DNA of 64,000 nucleotides from an uncultured Gammaproteobacteria bacterium (GTDB taxonomy: Bacteria; Pseudomonadota; Gammaproteobacteria; Tethybacterales; Tethybacteraceae), in the NCBI GenBank assembly GCA_964509765.1, contig CAZDYI010000011.1:12824-76823 (forward strand). Reading direction: 5' to 3'. The notes under the pieces are model-generated. The model was not told the origin of the DNA. It worked only from the letters and a program-made list of their open reading frames with translations, and made no database searches. The translations under genes and the position numbers were made by a program. Below, piece after piece: positions 42,038 to 51,225 of the stretch; position 1 is the first letter of the stretch, and every line of letters starts with the position of its first letter.

Positions 42038-43389
42038 TGATGCGGGGCATTGACAGCATCAGAGTTCAGAAGTTCCGTTGCTTCAAGGATGAGCAACAGG
42101 CAACGATCCGCCCGATCACCATCCTGCTCGGTGAAAACAGCTCGGGCAAGACATCGTTTCTGCGGAGTTGCCAAGCCCTCAATCAAGTCCTGTCGGGCAG
42201 GGCGGTCAACTTCAATGAGCCCCCGCTTGACATGGGCTAGTTCTAGGACATCCGCAACGGACGGGGCGGCCAATTCAACATTGGTTATGACATTGTTCGG
42301 GCAAACAAAGTATGCAAAGTAACTCTTGCAATTGAGAGCAGCCCGTCCACTGGCTGCAGGCTGTTCTCAGTCTGGTTGAAAATTGACAACTCGACGCTAT
42401 TCAGCATAGACATCGCTGAAGAGGACATTATATTCGTCACTGTTCATAAAGTCGCTCAAATTGAGCTAATGCGAATCAAGGATTACGAAGGTCCGATCGA
42501 GCTGTCTTCAAGGCTGATATTTTCCTTGCTGGTAATTTCCTTGGAACAGAAAACCAGCGAGATCAGATTGTCGGAAAGACTAATAGAGATGGGTGCCGGC
42601 TTGAGTCGTAAGGAAATTCTGCAATTACATGAAGGTCTTTCTTCCGCTGGTAAGATGGATCTGATAGATGACTTCTTCGGCGAGCTACAACTCATGCCTA
42701 GCGCTAGGTACTCAAAATATAAAAAAGCCATGCAGAGAATTGCGGATGATTGTTGCGTAATTTCAAGCAGACACGGCCAGATCAGCGCATATGCTCCTTT
42801 CAGGACCAAACCCAATAGGATGTATGGCCAGATGTCTGGCGGCACCACGCCTGAGGGAGACCATGTCCCTAATATAATGAAGGATCTATCACTCAACGAT
42901 CCGCAGGAATGGGAGAGGATGCGCAGATTCTTGTTGCGTTATGGCTAGGATACCGGACTGTATTCCGGCATCTCCATCAAGGACATCAACGGAGAGTATG
43001 GGCTGTTCCAGCTGCAGGCCAAAGTCGGGAAATCTGCCAGAAACATCGTAGATGTCGGTTATGGAATCAGCCAAGTGTTGCCCGTTCTAGTTGAATTGCA
43101 TCAGCGCAGACGGGATGCATGCACATTCTTGTTGCAGCAGCCTGAGGTGCACATGCATCCAAGGGCGCAAGCGTCATTGACGTCTTTGATGACCCAAGCA
43201 GTCAATGAAACGAATTCGACGTTTATTGTGGAAACTCACAGTGACAGCATCATGGACAGGTTGCAGATCCTAGTGCGAAAGGGAACATTAGCTCCGGAAA
43301 AAATATCCATTCTGTTCTTCGACCCAAAAACCAGCGGCAACGTAAAGATACACAATATGAAGCTCGGAACGCGAGGAAACTTGCTTTGA
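42038..43389 (+). pseudogene. ATPase paralog of 46923-48353 kept in one reading frame but interrupted by three in-frame TAG codons (42238, 42244, 42946)
   Basis: Contiguous frame-0 translation aligns end-to-end with the intact paralog: 'IRPITILLGENSSGKTSFL', 'FNIGYD', 'SPEGDHVPNIM', 'VDVGYGISQVLPVL', 'LLQQPEVHMHP', 'VETHSDSIM'. Stops fall at paralog positions T, S and K. Confidence 0.6.
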
Positions 43390-43451
43390 GCTCCGAGACA
43401 ATACAGGGAATTCAAACTGAGGGAAATCAACACGAAATTGGGATTTGAATG

Positions 43452-43886
43452 ATGTGCATAATCATCGACGCCTCAACCATCGGCAAGTTCAACGACCCCG
43501 AAGACGAGGACGCCTCTCCGATCCGCTAATGGATTGAGAAGGGAAAGGGCTCCGTGGCTTTCGCTCCTTTCAAGGAGCTCGGGGACACGGCGATTGCCAA
43601 GATAAACGAGTACGACCTGACCGGCAAGCTGATTCTCTACAGCCTTGAGGAAGTTCGCTCGGAGCAACGCATACTCAAGAGGGAAGGTCACGAACTGAGA
43701 TCGAATGATCCCCACATGCTGGCTTTGGCCAGGATCAGCGGGGCCAGGCTTCTGTTTACCGCTGACAATAAACTGATGGATGATTTCAGGGAAAAGAGAA
43801 TTCTTGGCGGACGAAAGAGAGGGAAGATATATTCGAGCAAAGGCAACACTGACCTGTTGACTAACCGGGCATGCGCCAAGAAGTAG
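43452..43886 (+). pseudogene. PIN-like (DUF4411-like) paralog of 46498-46923, interrupted by an in-frame TAA at 43527
   Basis: 'MCIIIDAST...' then stop, then '...LRSNDPHMLALARISGARLLFTADNKLMDDF'; the intact copy reads 'MCIILDTNIF...LRSNDAHILALAKLSGARILYSRDRKLHQDF'. Confidence 0.55.
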
Positions 43887-43980
43887 GCATCTATCCGAAT
43901 TTCTTCTCCGAAGCTGACACCTGCATAGTGGGTTTATCTGGAAGACTGGATACGCCATTGACTTTAGCAGGCACCTCTTG

Positions 43981-45531
43981 TTAATTATTCGACGGAGTTC
44001 CTTGGTCAGCTAGGCTCTCCATTGCTTCGATCTCCCAAGAAATCAGGCTTCCCTCATTGTGAATCGCATTTGCCACATCATCAAATCCAGTCTGGTACAT
44101 TCCGGAATCGTCCATGGTGATTTCCTTGACTACTGAGCCCAAGGGTTTTTTCCTATGCTCAAACATCCATGCACCGACTTGATCATGGCGCAGAGAAACT
44201 CCCACGGCATCAACGTAGCGCGTTTTCTTGACTGTTGTGATCAGCGAGCGCCGCACGATGTTTGCCAATGCCTCTAGGAGAAACTCGCTGTGAGTGGTGA
44301 GAACGATCCTAATGCCTGAGTTGACAATAGCGGCAAGTTGCTCGATGAGCTCAACCTGCTGTTCAGGATGCAGGTGCGACTCCGGCTCTTCCAATATCAG
44401 GATGTCGCCCGGCATGACCTTGTTTCGCAGGAACAGCACCAGCGGCGCAAGCTCGGCCACCGCGGCCGAAGCTTGGATCAAGGGGAGGGCGGCCTTCCTT
44501 CCGTTCCACTTACTGGGCCTGAAGAAAAACTCGGGAAAGCCCACTGGCGACAGCTCGACCTCAATGTCTCCGTTAAGGATCCTGTCCTCAATTGCCTTGG
44601 CATGGCTCTCGCATCCGCCTCCGGGCAGGCTTTTCCCCGGCCTGTTGTCTTGCATGCTGATGATCCGGTCAATGAAGCCCGACACCACTCCTGTAAGGTA
44701 AGAGGAGCCGCTTGTTGCGCTGAGCCTTCCCATCGGAGCGCTTGCGAGAAGAGAGCTCAAGACCAACTTGTGGGTGCGCATCAGCCCGGTTCGGTCGGGG
44801 GGAAGGTAGTATGAGGAACTGTCCAGGGGACCCGCCAGCCGGCGGAGCATCAGGCGATGCAGCATGTCCAGGCAGTGACGGACGTTCACCCCCAGGTTCT
44901 CGCAGTTGCGGCCCAAGTCGTAGTCAAGGAGGCGCTGCGCATCGTCCTTACCAAGGGGCAGCGGAACCTTGCCGGGCATGGAGACCCTGACCGTCGCGTC
45001 GGACGGCGTGAAGCGCACCTCGTGCCCGAAGACAGCCTTGGTTCCGTCGAGCCTGTGCTCGAAGGAAACCCGGGCGGCCCTGCTTCCCCTGCGAACCAGC
45101 GAGTTGTCCCCCAGATCGGAGCCGTAGCAGTGCCTGAGCAGCTGCCGGAACGCGTCGCCCCTGGCCTCCAGGCGCTCGCCCAAGGTCCTCGTGATGCCGG
45201 CAGGAACGGTCACTTGCAGTTCGGATGTGTCCCCGTACAGCTGCCCGAATAGCTGCCGGAGGATCCTGTCGAGCGAGCTTGCCGCGAGACCGATCCCTGA
45301 GCGCAGGCCGCTGTCAGGCTGCTCGTCCGGCTCCCAGGGCAGGGAAGGCCCGAACAGGTGCGAGTTGCCCGCGTCGAAGAACCTGTGCAGTGCATAGACC
45401 AGGGTCGCCAGGTACGACTTGCCGGCGTTGCCGGAGCCGACAAGGATCGTCAGCGGGCGCAGGTCGAGCCTGGCCTCGACGATGGGGCCGAAGTTCTCCA
45501 CTTCAATATTGAGGGCGCCTTTTCCGCTCAT
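43981..45531 (-). CDS. OLD/ABC-type AAA ATPase, module B (paralog of module A)
   Basis: 'ALNIEVENFGPIVEARLDLRPLTILVGSGNAGKSYLA' and 'LILEEPESHLHPEQQ...VLTTHSEFLLEA'; start set at MSGKG to match the paralog's N-terminus. Confidence 0.75.
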   Translation of the reverse strand: MSGKGALNIEVENFGPIVEARLDLRPLTILVGSGNAGKSYLATLVYALHRFFDAGNSHLFGPSLPWEPDEQPDSGLRSGIGLAASSLDRILRQLFGQLYGDTSELQVTVPAGITRTLGERLEARGDAFRQLLRHCYGSDLGDNSLVRRGSRAARVSFEHRLDGTKAVFGHEVRFTPSDATVRVSMPGKVPLPLGKDDAQRLLDYDLGRNCENLGVNVRHCLDMLHRLMLRRLAGPLDSSSYYLPPDRTGLMRTHKLVLSSLLASAPMGRLSATSGSSYLTGVVSGFIDRIISMQDNRPGKSLPGGGCESHAKAIEDRILNGDIEVELSPVGFPEFFFRPSKWNGRKAALPLIQASAAVAELAPLVLFLRNKVMPGDILILEEPESHLHPEQQVELIEQLAAIVNSGIRIVLTTHSEFLLEALANIVRRSLITTVKKTRYVDAVGVSLRHDQVGAWMFEHRKKPLGSVVKEITMDDSGMYQTGFDDVANAIHNEGSLISWEIEAMESLADQGTPSNN

Positions 45532-45538
45532 GCCCGCG

Positions 45539-46024
45539 TCATTTCGCGAGGAAGCTGCTGAAAACATCATCGAAAGACATGCGCGCTGGCGCGCGTCTCT
45601 CGATGCACCCACCGTCAAGGATTTCCCTTTCGCGGGCGAGCTCGCGCTGGCTCTGCATCTCGTTGTGGTGATCCCTGATTGACTCACAGATGTTGATGTA
45701 GAACCTGACAAGCAAGAGACAGGCAACAAGCGTGACTGTCCCGCCGAAGCCCAGCATCGCTGCTGCCAGCCAAGCAGGCGCGGGAGTGACTATCGCGGCT
45801 GCCATCAGCTGCGTGCAGGCAAACACCAAGGCTGATGCCTTGAGGACGTTCATCCTTGCCCTTTTTGCAGGGGCGTCCATCAGCTCCCTGTCTGCGCCGG
45901 GGATGCCCTCAAGGGCATCGAACACATTGATCATCCCGAGGCAGGCTCCGCCCAACAAGATGATCATGTACAGGCAGGTGATCTCGATAATCGCGACCGA
46001 AAGGATAACTTGAACGGCTGTCAT
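45539..46024 (-). CDS. Small integral membrane protein (3-4 TM) immediately upstream of ATPase B; candidate effector/partner
   Basis: Hydrophobic segments 'VILSVAIIEITCLYMIILLGGACLGMI', 'ALVFACTQLMAAAIV', 'AAAMLGFGGTVTLVACLLLV'; stop lies 5 nt before the ATPase start. Confidence 0.5.
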   Translation of the reverse strand: MTAVQVILSVAIIEITCLYMIILLGGACLGMINVFDALEGIPGADRELMDAPAKRARMNVLKASALVFACTQLMAAAIVTPAPAWLAAAMLGFGGTVTLVACLLLVRFYINICESIRDHHNEMQSQRELAREREILDGGCIERRAPARMSFDDVFSSFLAK

Positions 46025-46497
46025 GGTCTTTCTGCCCTAGCGCAAGCGGACTTGCGGTCCAGGATGCGCAGGGATGCCGCATGTTATCACCAATCGAGCC
46101 GGAACCGTCGATCGGCCTCCGGAGCGAAAGGCAACCAGGCAGCCTGCGCAGTCCGGCGCACTGGGTTCAGGCTGCGCTGATTCAGGGAGCGCCGGCATCG
46201 GCACGGCCGACGTGCTAGTCCTTGGAGCCGGTCCGCCGGGTCGGATTACTCGGGAAGAAACCCCTTGGAGTTCCCGGCCGGAGCAGGGGTGTCCTGCTCC
46301 TCTGGGCACCTGAGGAGGTATTCCTCAAGCTGAGGTTACCAGCCATCCGCGATGTCGAAACAACAGCCCTTGCAGACCATCAAGCCACAGCCCCCGTCAT
46401 ACCGATCCCATGCGAAAGAGCAGGAGCAGATAAAATGCGCAGTCAAGCAATGGCAGAAAATTCACTCAATGCGAATGAACCTATGTGCCATGGCAAA

Positions 46498-46923
46498 CTA
46501 CTTCCTGCATGGATTCTTGAACAGCAACTTCCTCTGGTCCCATTTGGTGTATACCATGCCCCCGTCGATGATCGCCGGGTTCTTGAAATCCTGGTGGAGC
46601 TTCCTGTCCCTGGAATACAAGATCCGCGCGCCGCTCAGCTTGGCGAGCGCCAGTATGTGGGCGTCGTTGGACCTCAGGCGCAAGTCCGGGTTGCCAAGCA
46701 GCCTCCGGGTCTCCTTGCAGACCTCTGCAGGTGGAATCGTGATGAGAAGATCAACCCTGCTGTAGCCGAGAAACACCTCGAGAGGATAATTACTCCATTC
46801 CTCGATGGGAGAGTACACCACCCTCCCCTTTTCCTTCCTCAGCCATTCATGCACAACAGATGCGGTGCGGTTGGAAGTGTCCCGCATGTCCGCGAAGATG
46901 TTCGTGTCAAGTATGATGCACAT
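46498..46923 (-). CDS. PIN-like nuclease (DUF4411-like), partner of ATPase C
   Basis: 'MCIILDTNIF' PIN N-terminal motif and '...SNDAHILALA' conserved Asp; ATGA overlap with the upstream ATPase. Confidence 0.65.
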   Translation of the reverse strand: MCIILDTNIFADMRDTSNRTASVVHEWLRKEKGRVVYSPIEEWSNYPLEVFLGYSRVDLLITIPPAEVCKETRRLLGNPDLRLRSNDAHILALAKLSGARILYSRDRKLHQDFKNPAIIDGGMVYTKWDQRKLLFKNPCRK

Positions 46924-48353
46924 CAGTCGAACCCAAGGAGACGGTGGGTTTCAGCCAGGAAAAACTCCCTGTAGCTTGAAGGGGTCCCTTGCAAATTGCC
47001 TTGGGAATCCAGACTGATGTTGTAGATGTTCACGCCCCTGTTAGCATCCGGGGAGAAAAACAGGAACGACACATCCTTTGGATCAATTTTCTTCTTCCGC
47101 ACATCTATGCGAACCCTGTCAACGAAAAACTCACTGTGGGTTTCAACCAGAAACGAAGAGTTGTCTTTCTTGTACGACTCTAGCAATTGGGATGCAAGCG
47201 CCACCTGGCTCTTCGGATGCAGGTGTATCTCAGGTTGCTGGAGCAGGTACGTGTGTTCCTCAGAAGGATTGTGAAATATCTCGAACAGGATCGGCAGCGC
47301 TTGGCTGACACCATAACCTACGTCAATGAGATTGGTTTTTTTCGCGTTCCTGACCCCCACTTGGATCTTGAAAGGATCGGAGCCCGCACCGTATTTCTTG
47401 ATGTCAATCCCGGTGAACAACCCGGATTCCTTGCCGTAATTCGTCAACGACTCATTCAATTCCTCCCACCTTTCCGGGTCTGTCAGTTTCAGGTTCAACA
47501 GTTCCATGGGAGTGTAATCTCCCTCAGGGGAATTCTTTCCAGGCATGGGGTCATACGATCTTTTTGGTTCGGATCTAATTGGCGCAATTGCCTTAACATA
47601 ATCCTTTCCGTAACTTTTTGGAAATAGGCCTGCACCTATCCACAGCGGAAAAAACACAGACTTGGACTTGTGTAATTCGGACAGTGCCTTGTTGAACACC
47701 TTGTCGATCCTCTTCCACAGCGATTTTATTGTCATGCGCTCGTAAAGCGACCGCAACTCTTCATAATTGAACACATCGTTCAGCAACAAATATTCTATGG
47801 ATCGATTTTTTGCAGCATCCTTACGCTTAGCTTGTTTCCTTGATCTAGTTGAAACCAACAGCAATGACTGAAACAAATGATCCACTGTTTGGGCCAATGG
47901 ATAGTATCCAGCCGTTTTCGCAGTGACATGAACCTTCTCTTTGGTTGGCAAAGTGACCAGCACCTTGTCACTTGTTGTTTTAGAGAAAGTGAAGCACAGA
48001 TCATTGTCAATCACCACGCTAATTTCAGAAACCTCGATTTCTGTTTGTTGCGCTGTGAAGCTGAACTTTGCTTCCCTGGCAAAGCCGTCCCGCGTTTCCG
48101 AGTATCCGATGTTGAACACCGGGCCGCGGTTTTTGTAGACTATGTCGGAGAAGGTGCCCAGCTGCAGCGGAGGCAGGTTGAAGTCGATCTTTCCGCCGGA
48201 CAGGACTTGATTCAGCGCGCGATAGGCACCCAGGAACGAGGTCTTCCCCGTGCTGTTCTCTCCCAAGAGGATCGTAATCGGGCGGATTCTCGCTCGTTGC
48301 TCCTCTCCGAAGCAACGATAATTGTCCATCAGCAGATTGTCTATTCGCAACAT
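46923..48353 (-). CDS. OLD/ABC-type AAA ATPase, module C
   Basis: Walker A 'LLGENSTGKTSFL'; 'LLQQPEIHLHPKSQ'; 'VETHSEFF'. Confidence 0.75.
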   Translation of the reverse strand: MLRIDNLLMDNYRCFGEEQRARIRPITILLGENSTGKTSFLGAYRALNQVLSGGKIDFNLPPLQLGTFSDIVYKNRGPVFNIGYSETRDGFAREAKFSFTAQQTEIEVSEISVVIDNDLCFTFSKTTSDKVLVTLPTKEKVHVTAKTAGYYPLAQTVDHLFQSLLLVSTRSRKQAKRKDAAKNRSIEYLLLNDVFNYEELRSLYERMTIKSLWKRIDKVFNKALSELHKSKSVFFPLWIGAGLFPKSYGKDYVKAIAPIRSEPKRSYDPMPGKNSPEGDYTPMELLNLKLTDPERWEELNESLTNYGKESGLFTGIDIKKYGAGSDPFKIQVGVRNAKKTNLIDVGYGVSQALPILFEIFHNPSEEHTYLLQQPEIHLHPKSQVALASQLLESYKKDNSSFLVETHSEFFVDRVRIDVRKKKIDPKDVSFLFFSPDANRGVNIYNISLDSQGNLQGTPSSYREFFLAETHRLLGFD

Positions 48354-48449
48354 GAGACCATTATACTACGAAATTGCCCAACGGGCTCTCTCGTGCTTGT
48401 CCATGCAGGAAACCTGAAGTCCGACTTTGCTAGGGGACATTGCTCGGGA

Positions 48450-49739
48450 TCAGCCCTGCCGCGCGGTCTCCCTGAAGGCATCCGCCGCCGCGCCGACCGT
48501 GGCCTTGATAACCCCCTCGTCGTGCCCGAGTCCGACGAAGCAGGCCTCGTAGCGTGAAGGGGGCAGGAGCACGCCTCGCTTGAGCATCCCGTGGAAGAAC
48601 CTCCTGAACGCGCCCTCGTCGCAGGCCTCGACCTCGGGCAGGGTCCCTGGGACCCCAGGGGCGAAGTACAGCCCCGCCATGGCCCCGACGGCCTGCGCGC
48701 GGAAGGGAACCCCGGCATCCCTGGCCGCGGCCTCCAGGCCCTCGCAGAGGGCCTTGCAGGCGGCGAACAGGGTTTCATATGCATCGTCGTCGAGCAGCTC
48801 GAGGGTGGCCAGGCCCGCGGCGAGCGCGACCGGGTTGCCCGCGAGCGTTCCCGCCTGGAAGACGTCGCCGGTGGGTGACAGCCGCTCCATGAGCTCGCGC
48901 CGGCCGCAGACGGCCGCGGCGGGCAGGCCGCCGCCGATGACCTTGCCGAGGCAGACCAGGTCGGGCTCGGTCCCGAACAGGTCGCGGCAGGCCAGGCCCG
49001 GGGTCGCCCTGAAGCCGGTCATCACCTCGTCGGCTATCATCAGCGCCCCGCAGGAGTCGCAGCCCTCGCGGATCGCGCCGATGAAGCCCGGGTCGGGCAC
49101 AACCAGGTTCATGTTCCCCGCGATGGGCTCGACGATCACCGCCGCGAGCTCCTTGCCGCGCTCTTGAACGAGCTCCGCGACGCCGTCGGCTCCGTTGTAG
49201 GCCAGGACCGCAGTGTCCGCGGCCGCGCCGGCCGGCACGCCCGCGGAGGACGGCTTGCCGAGGGTCATCGAGCCGGACCCCGCCTCGACGAGCATCGCGT
49301 CCGTGTGGCCGTGGTAGCCCCCTGCGAACTTGGCGACGAGGCTGCGCCCGGTTGTCCCGCGCGCGAGCCTGACCGCGGTCATCGCGGCCTCGGTGCCCGA
49401 GCTGACCGCCCGGAGCATTTCGGTTCCGGCCCTCCTGCACACCTCCGCTGCGTACCGCTCCTCGGCATCCGTGGACATCCCGAAGCCGAGGCCGCCGCGC
49501 GCGGCCCTTTCGACGGCCTCGAGGACCGCGGGATGGGCGTGGCCGGCGATCACCGACCCCCAGCCCATCACGAAGTCGATGAGCTCGCTCCCGTCCGCGC
49601 GGAAAAGCCGCGCGCCCCTGCCGCCCGTCACGACGACCGTCCCGCTGTCGCCGCCGACCCCGCGCAGCGACCGCACCGGCGAGTTGACCCCGCCGGGCAT
49701 GAGCGCGTCCCGCGTTGCGGGACCGGATGGGGCTGTCAA
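48450..49739 (-). CDS. hemL: Glutamate-1-semialdehyde 2,1-aminomutase
   Basis: Class-III aminotransferase, 429 aa, with 'GGVNSPVR' and 'KFAGGYHGH' motifs. Confidence 0.9.
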   Translation of the reverse strand: MTAPSGPATRDALMPGGVNSPVRSLRGVGGDSGTVVVTGGRGARLFRADGSELIDFVMGWGSVIAGHAHPAVLEAVERAARGGLGFGMSTDAEERYAAEVCRRAGTEMLRAVSSGTEAAMTAVRLARGTTGRSLVAKFAGGYHGHTDAMLVEAGSGSMTLGKPSSAGVPAGAAADTAVLAYNGADGVAELVQERGKELAAVIVEPIAGNMNLVVPDPGFIGAIREGCDSCGALMIADEVMTGFRATPGLACRDLFGTEPDLVCLGKVIGGGLPAAAVCGRRELMERLSPTGDVFQAGTLAGNPVALAAGLATLELLDDDAYETLFAACKALCEGLEAAARDAGVPFRAQAVGAMAGLYFAPGVPGTLPEVEACDEGAFRRFFHGMLKRGVLLPPSRYEACFVGLGHDEGVIKATVGAAADAFRETARQG

Positions 49740-49764
49740 GGGGCCGGCGGCCGGCCGGGCCCGG

Positions 49765-51225
49765 TCAGAACTCGGGCCGCGGGAAGAGCGCCAGGCCCGA
49801 GTACAGGCCGTCGAAGGTCTCCGGAAGCGGGAACACGCCCGCGTCCCGCATCCTCTGGCCGAGCTCGCGGCGCGTGAGCCAGCCGACCAGGTCGTCGAAG
49901 TCGAACACCCTGCGGTTGATCGTTACGTTCTTGAGCGGGGCGGGCTTGGGCTCCCACTCGTGGATGGGCACCCGGGTCGTCGCGAAGACGTAGTTGTACG
50001 GGCGGTCCAGGCCGCGTATGATGTCGAAGGCCCTGGTCGAGTGGTTGCTTATCCTGGTCGGGTCCTCGTTCTGGACGATCTCGTCGTACGGGTAGCACGA
50101 GCCGAACAGGGCGTTGACCTCCTCGATGTCGATCGTGCTGTAAGTGAACGGCGGCATGGTCGGGGACGGGTAGCCCACGCACGTCCTGTTGGTTCCCTCG
50201 TAGGTCGCGGCGCCGAAGCGGTTGGGACCGTGCGAGATGATCACGAACGGGATCCCGTCGGTGACGTCGCGGACGTTGGGGTTGAGCAGGAAGTCCGCCA
50301 CGTACCTCGAGTAGTCGTCCGAATACTGGTCGAATGGGTTCTCGTTCGAGTGCAGGGTGGAGTTGTCGATGTTGTCCGTCGGCCGGCAGACGGTCGGGTC
50401 GGTGCCAGGGCCGGGGACGAGGTCCTCGGGCCTGCACACGACCATCGGCGCGGCCCCGAGCCTGCGGTCGCCGCGCTGGGCGAACGACCTGAGCTCGGAC
50501 AGGTGGGCCACAGCAGCGGTCTCGTAGAACGGGATGAAGGCCCCGGCCCTCGTGGCCTGGTCGAAGCCGTAGGCCGCGGTGGAGAACACCGGGTGCACGA
50601 CGTAGGTGAGCGCGGCGCCCCAGCTGTCGGTCGGCGGGAGCCCGAGCGTCGCCCACGGCAGGTCGCCGCGGACCTGCTCGCACACGCCGAAGGCGTGCTT
50701 GCCGGCGTTGTTCGCGGCCGAGCCATCGTCGAAGTCCTCGGCGAGGGGCGCGCGATCGCGGCCGATGCCGCCGTCTCCCCGCAGGGCAAACCTGTTGTCG
50801 GACCCTCCGCGCAGGCCGTCGGGCGCCGGGACCATCGGCACGTAGACCGCCGAGCGGTCCTCGATGCCGTCTCCGTTGACGTCCGGGCAGGGCAGGTACG
50901 GCCGGCCCTCGGGGACCCGGGCGATCCGGTGGCCATAATGTTCATACAGGTCTCGTGTCCCGGTGTTGCCGTTAAGGTTCAAGTAAAGGACGTTCATCCC
51001 GGGGCTGCGCCGCGAGGCGGCGTAGCCGACGACGGCGTCGATCGCGTCGGTTATGCGCTGTGACGTCCTGTCGTAGGCCTTGTCCTCGAGCTGCCTTCCG
51101 ATCGGGAGCACCGCGCCGCTCAGCAAAAGGCCGAGCACGGCGAGGACGATAGCAAGCTCGACGAGCGAGTACCCCTGCCTGCGCCCGCGCCGCGCCGCGG
51201 CCTGCGTCCCGGCCCTAGCAGGCAT
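49765..51225 (-). CDS. Large prepilin-type (class III signal) pseudopilin-like protein P3, 486 aa
   Basis: 17-aa basic leader then 'G|YSLVELAIVLAVLGLLL' (Glu at +5); shared motifs 'YLPCPDVNGDGIEDR', 'GVCEQVRGDLPW', 'SWGAALTYVVHPVF', 'ISHGPNRFG'. Confidence 0.7.
   Translation of the reverse strand: MPARAGTQAAARRGRRQGYSLVELAIVLAVLGLLLSGAVLPIGRQLEDKAYDRTSQRITDAIDAVVGYAASRRSPGMNVLYLNLNGNTGTRDLYEHYGHRIARVPEGRPYLPCPDVNGDGIEDRSAVYVPMVPAPDGLRGGSDNRFALRGDGGIGRDRAPLAEDFDDGSAANNAGKHAFGVCEQVRGDLPWATLGLPPTDSWGAALTYVVHPVFSTAAYGFDQATRAGAFIPFYETAAVAHLSELRSFAQRGDRRLGAAPMVVCRPEDLVPGPGTDPTVCRPTDNIDNSTLHSNENPFDQYSDDYSRYVADFLLNPNVRDVTDGIPFVIISHGPNRFGAATYEGTNRTCVGYPSPTMPPFTYSTIDIEEVNALFGSCYPYDEIVQNEDPTRISNHSTRAFDIIRGLDRPYNYVFATTRVPIHEWEPKPAPLKNVTINRRVFDFDDLVGWLTRRELGQRMRDAGVFPLPETFDGLYSGLALFPRPEF

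Noticed and set aside
41800-42273. N-terminal 158-aa extension of the methyltransferase ORF
   Set aside because: No MTase motifs; low-GC leader-like sequence. Motif I lies just after the internal Met, so the start was set at 41799.
43473-43958. 161-aa minus-strand ORF overlapping the PIN-like pseudogene
   Set aside because: The opposite strand carries a clear paralog alignment to 46498-46923; the minus ORF has no recognisable features.
46025-46497. High-GC ~470-bp gap inside the island with a GGAGCAGG-ggtgt-CCTGCTCC hairpin; considered as a tRNA or ncRNA
   Set aside because: No cloverleaf or T-loop (GGTTCGAATCC-like) pattern found by eye; the hairpin alone is not diagnostic.
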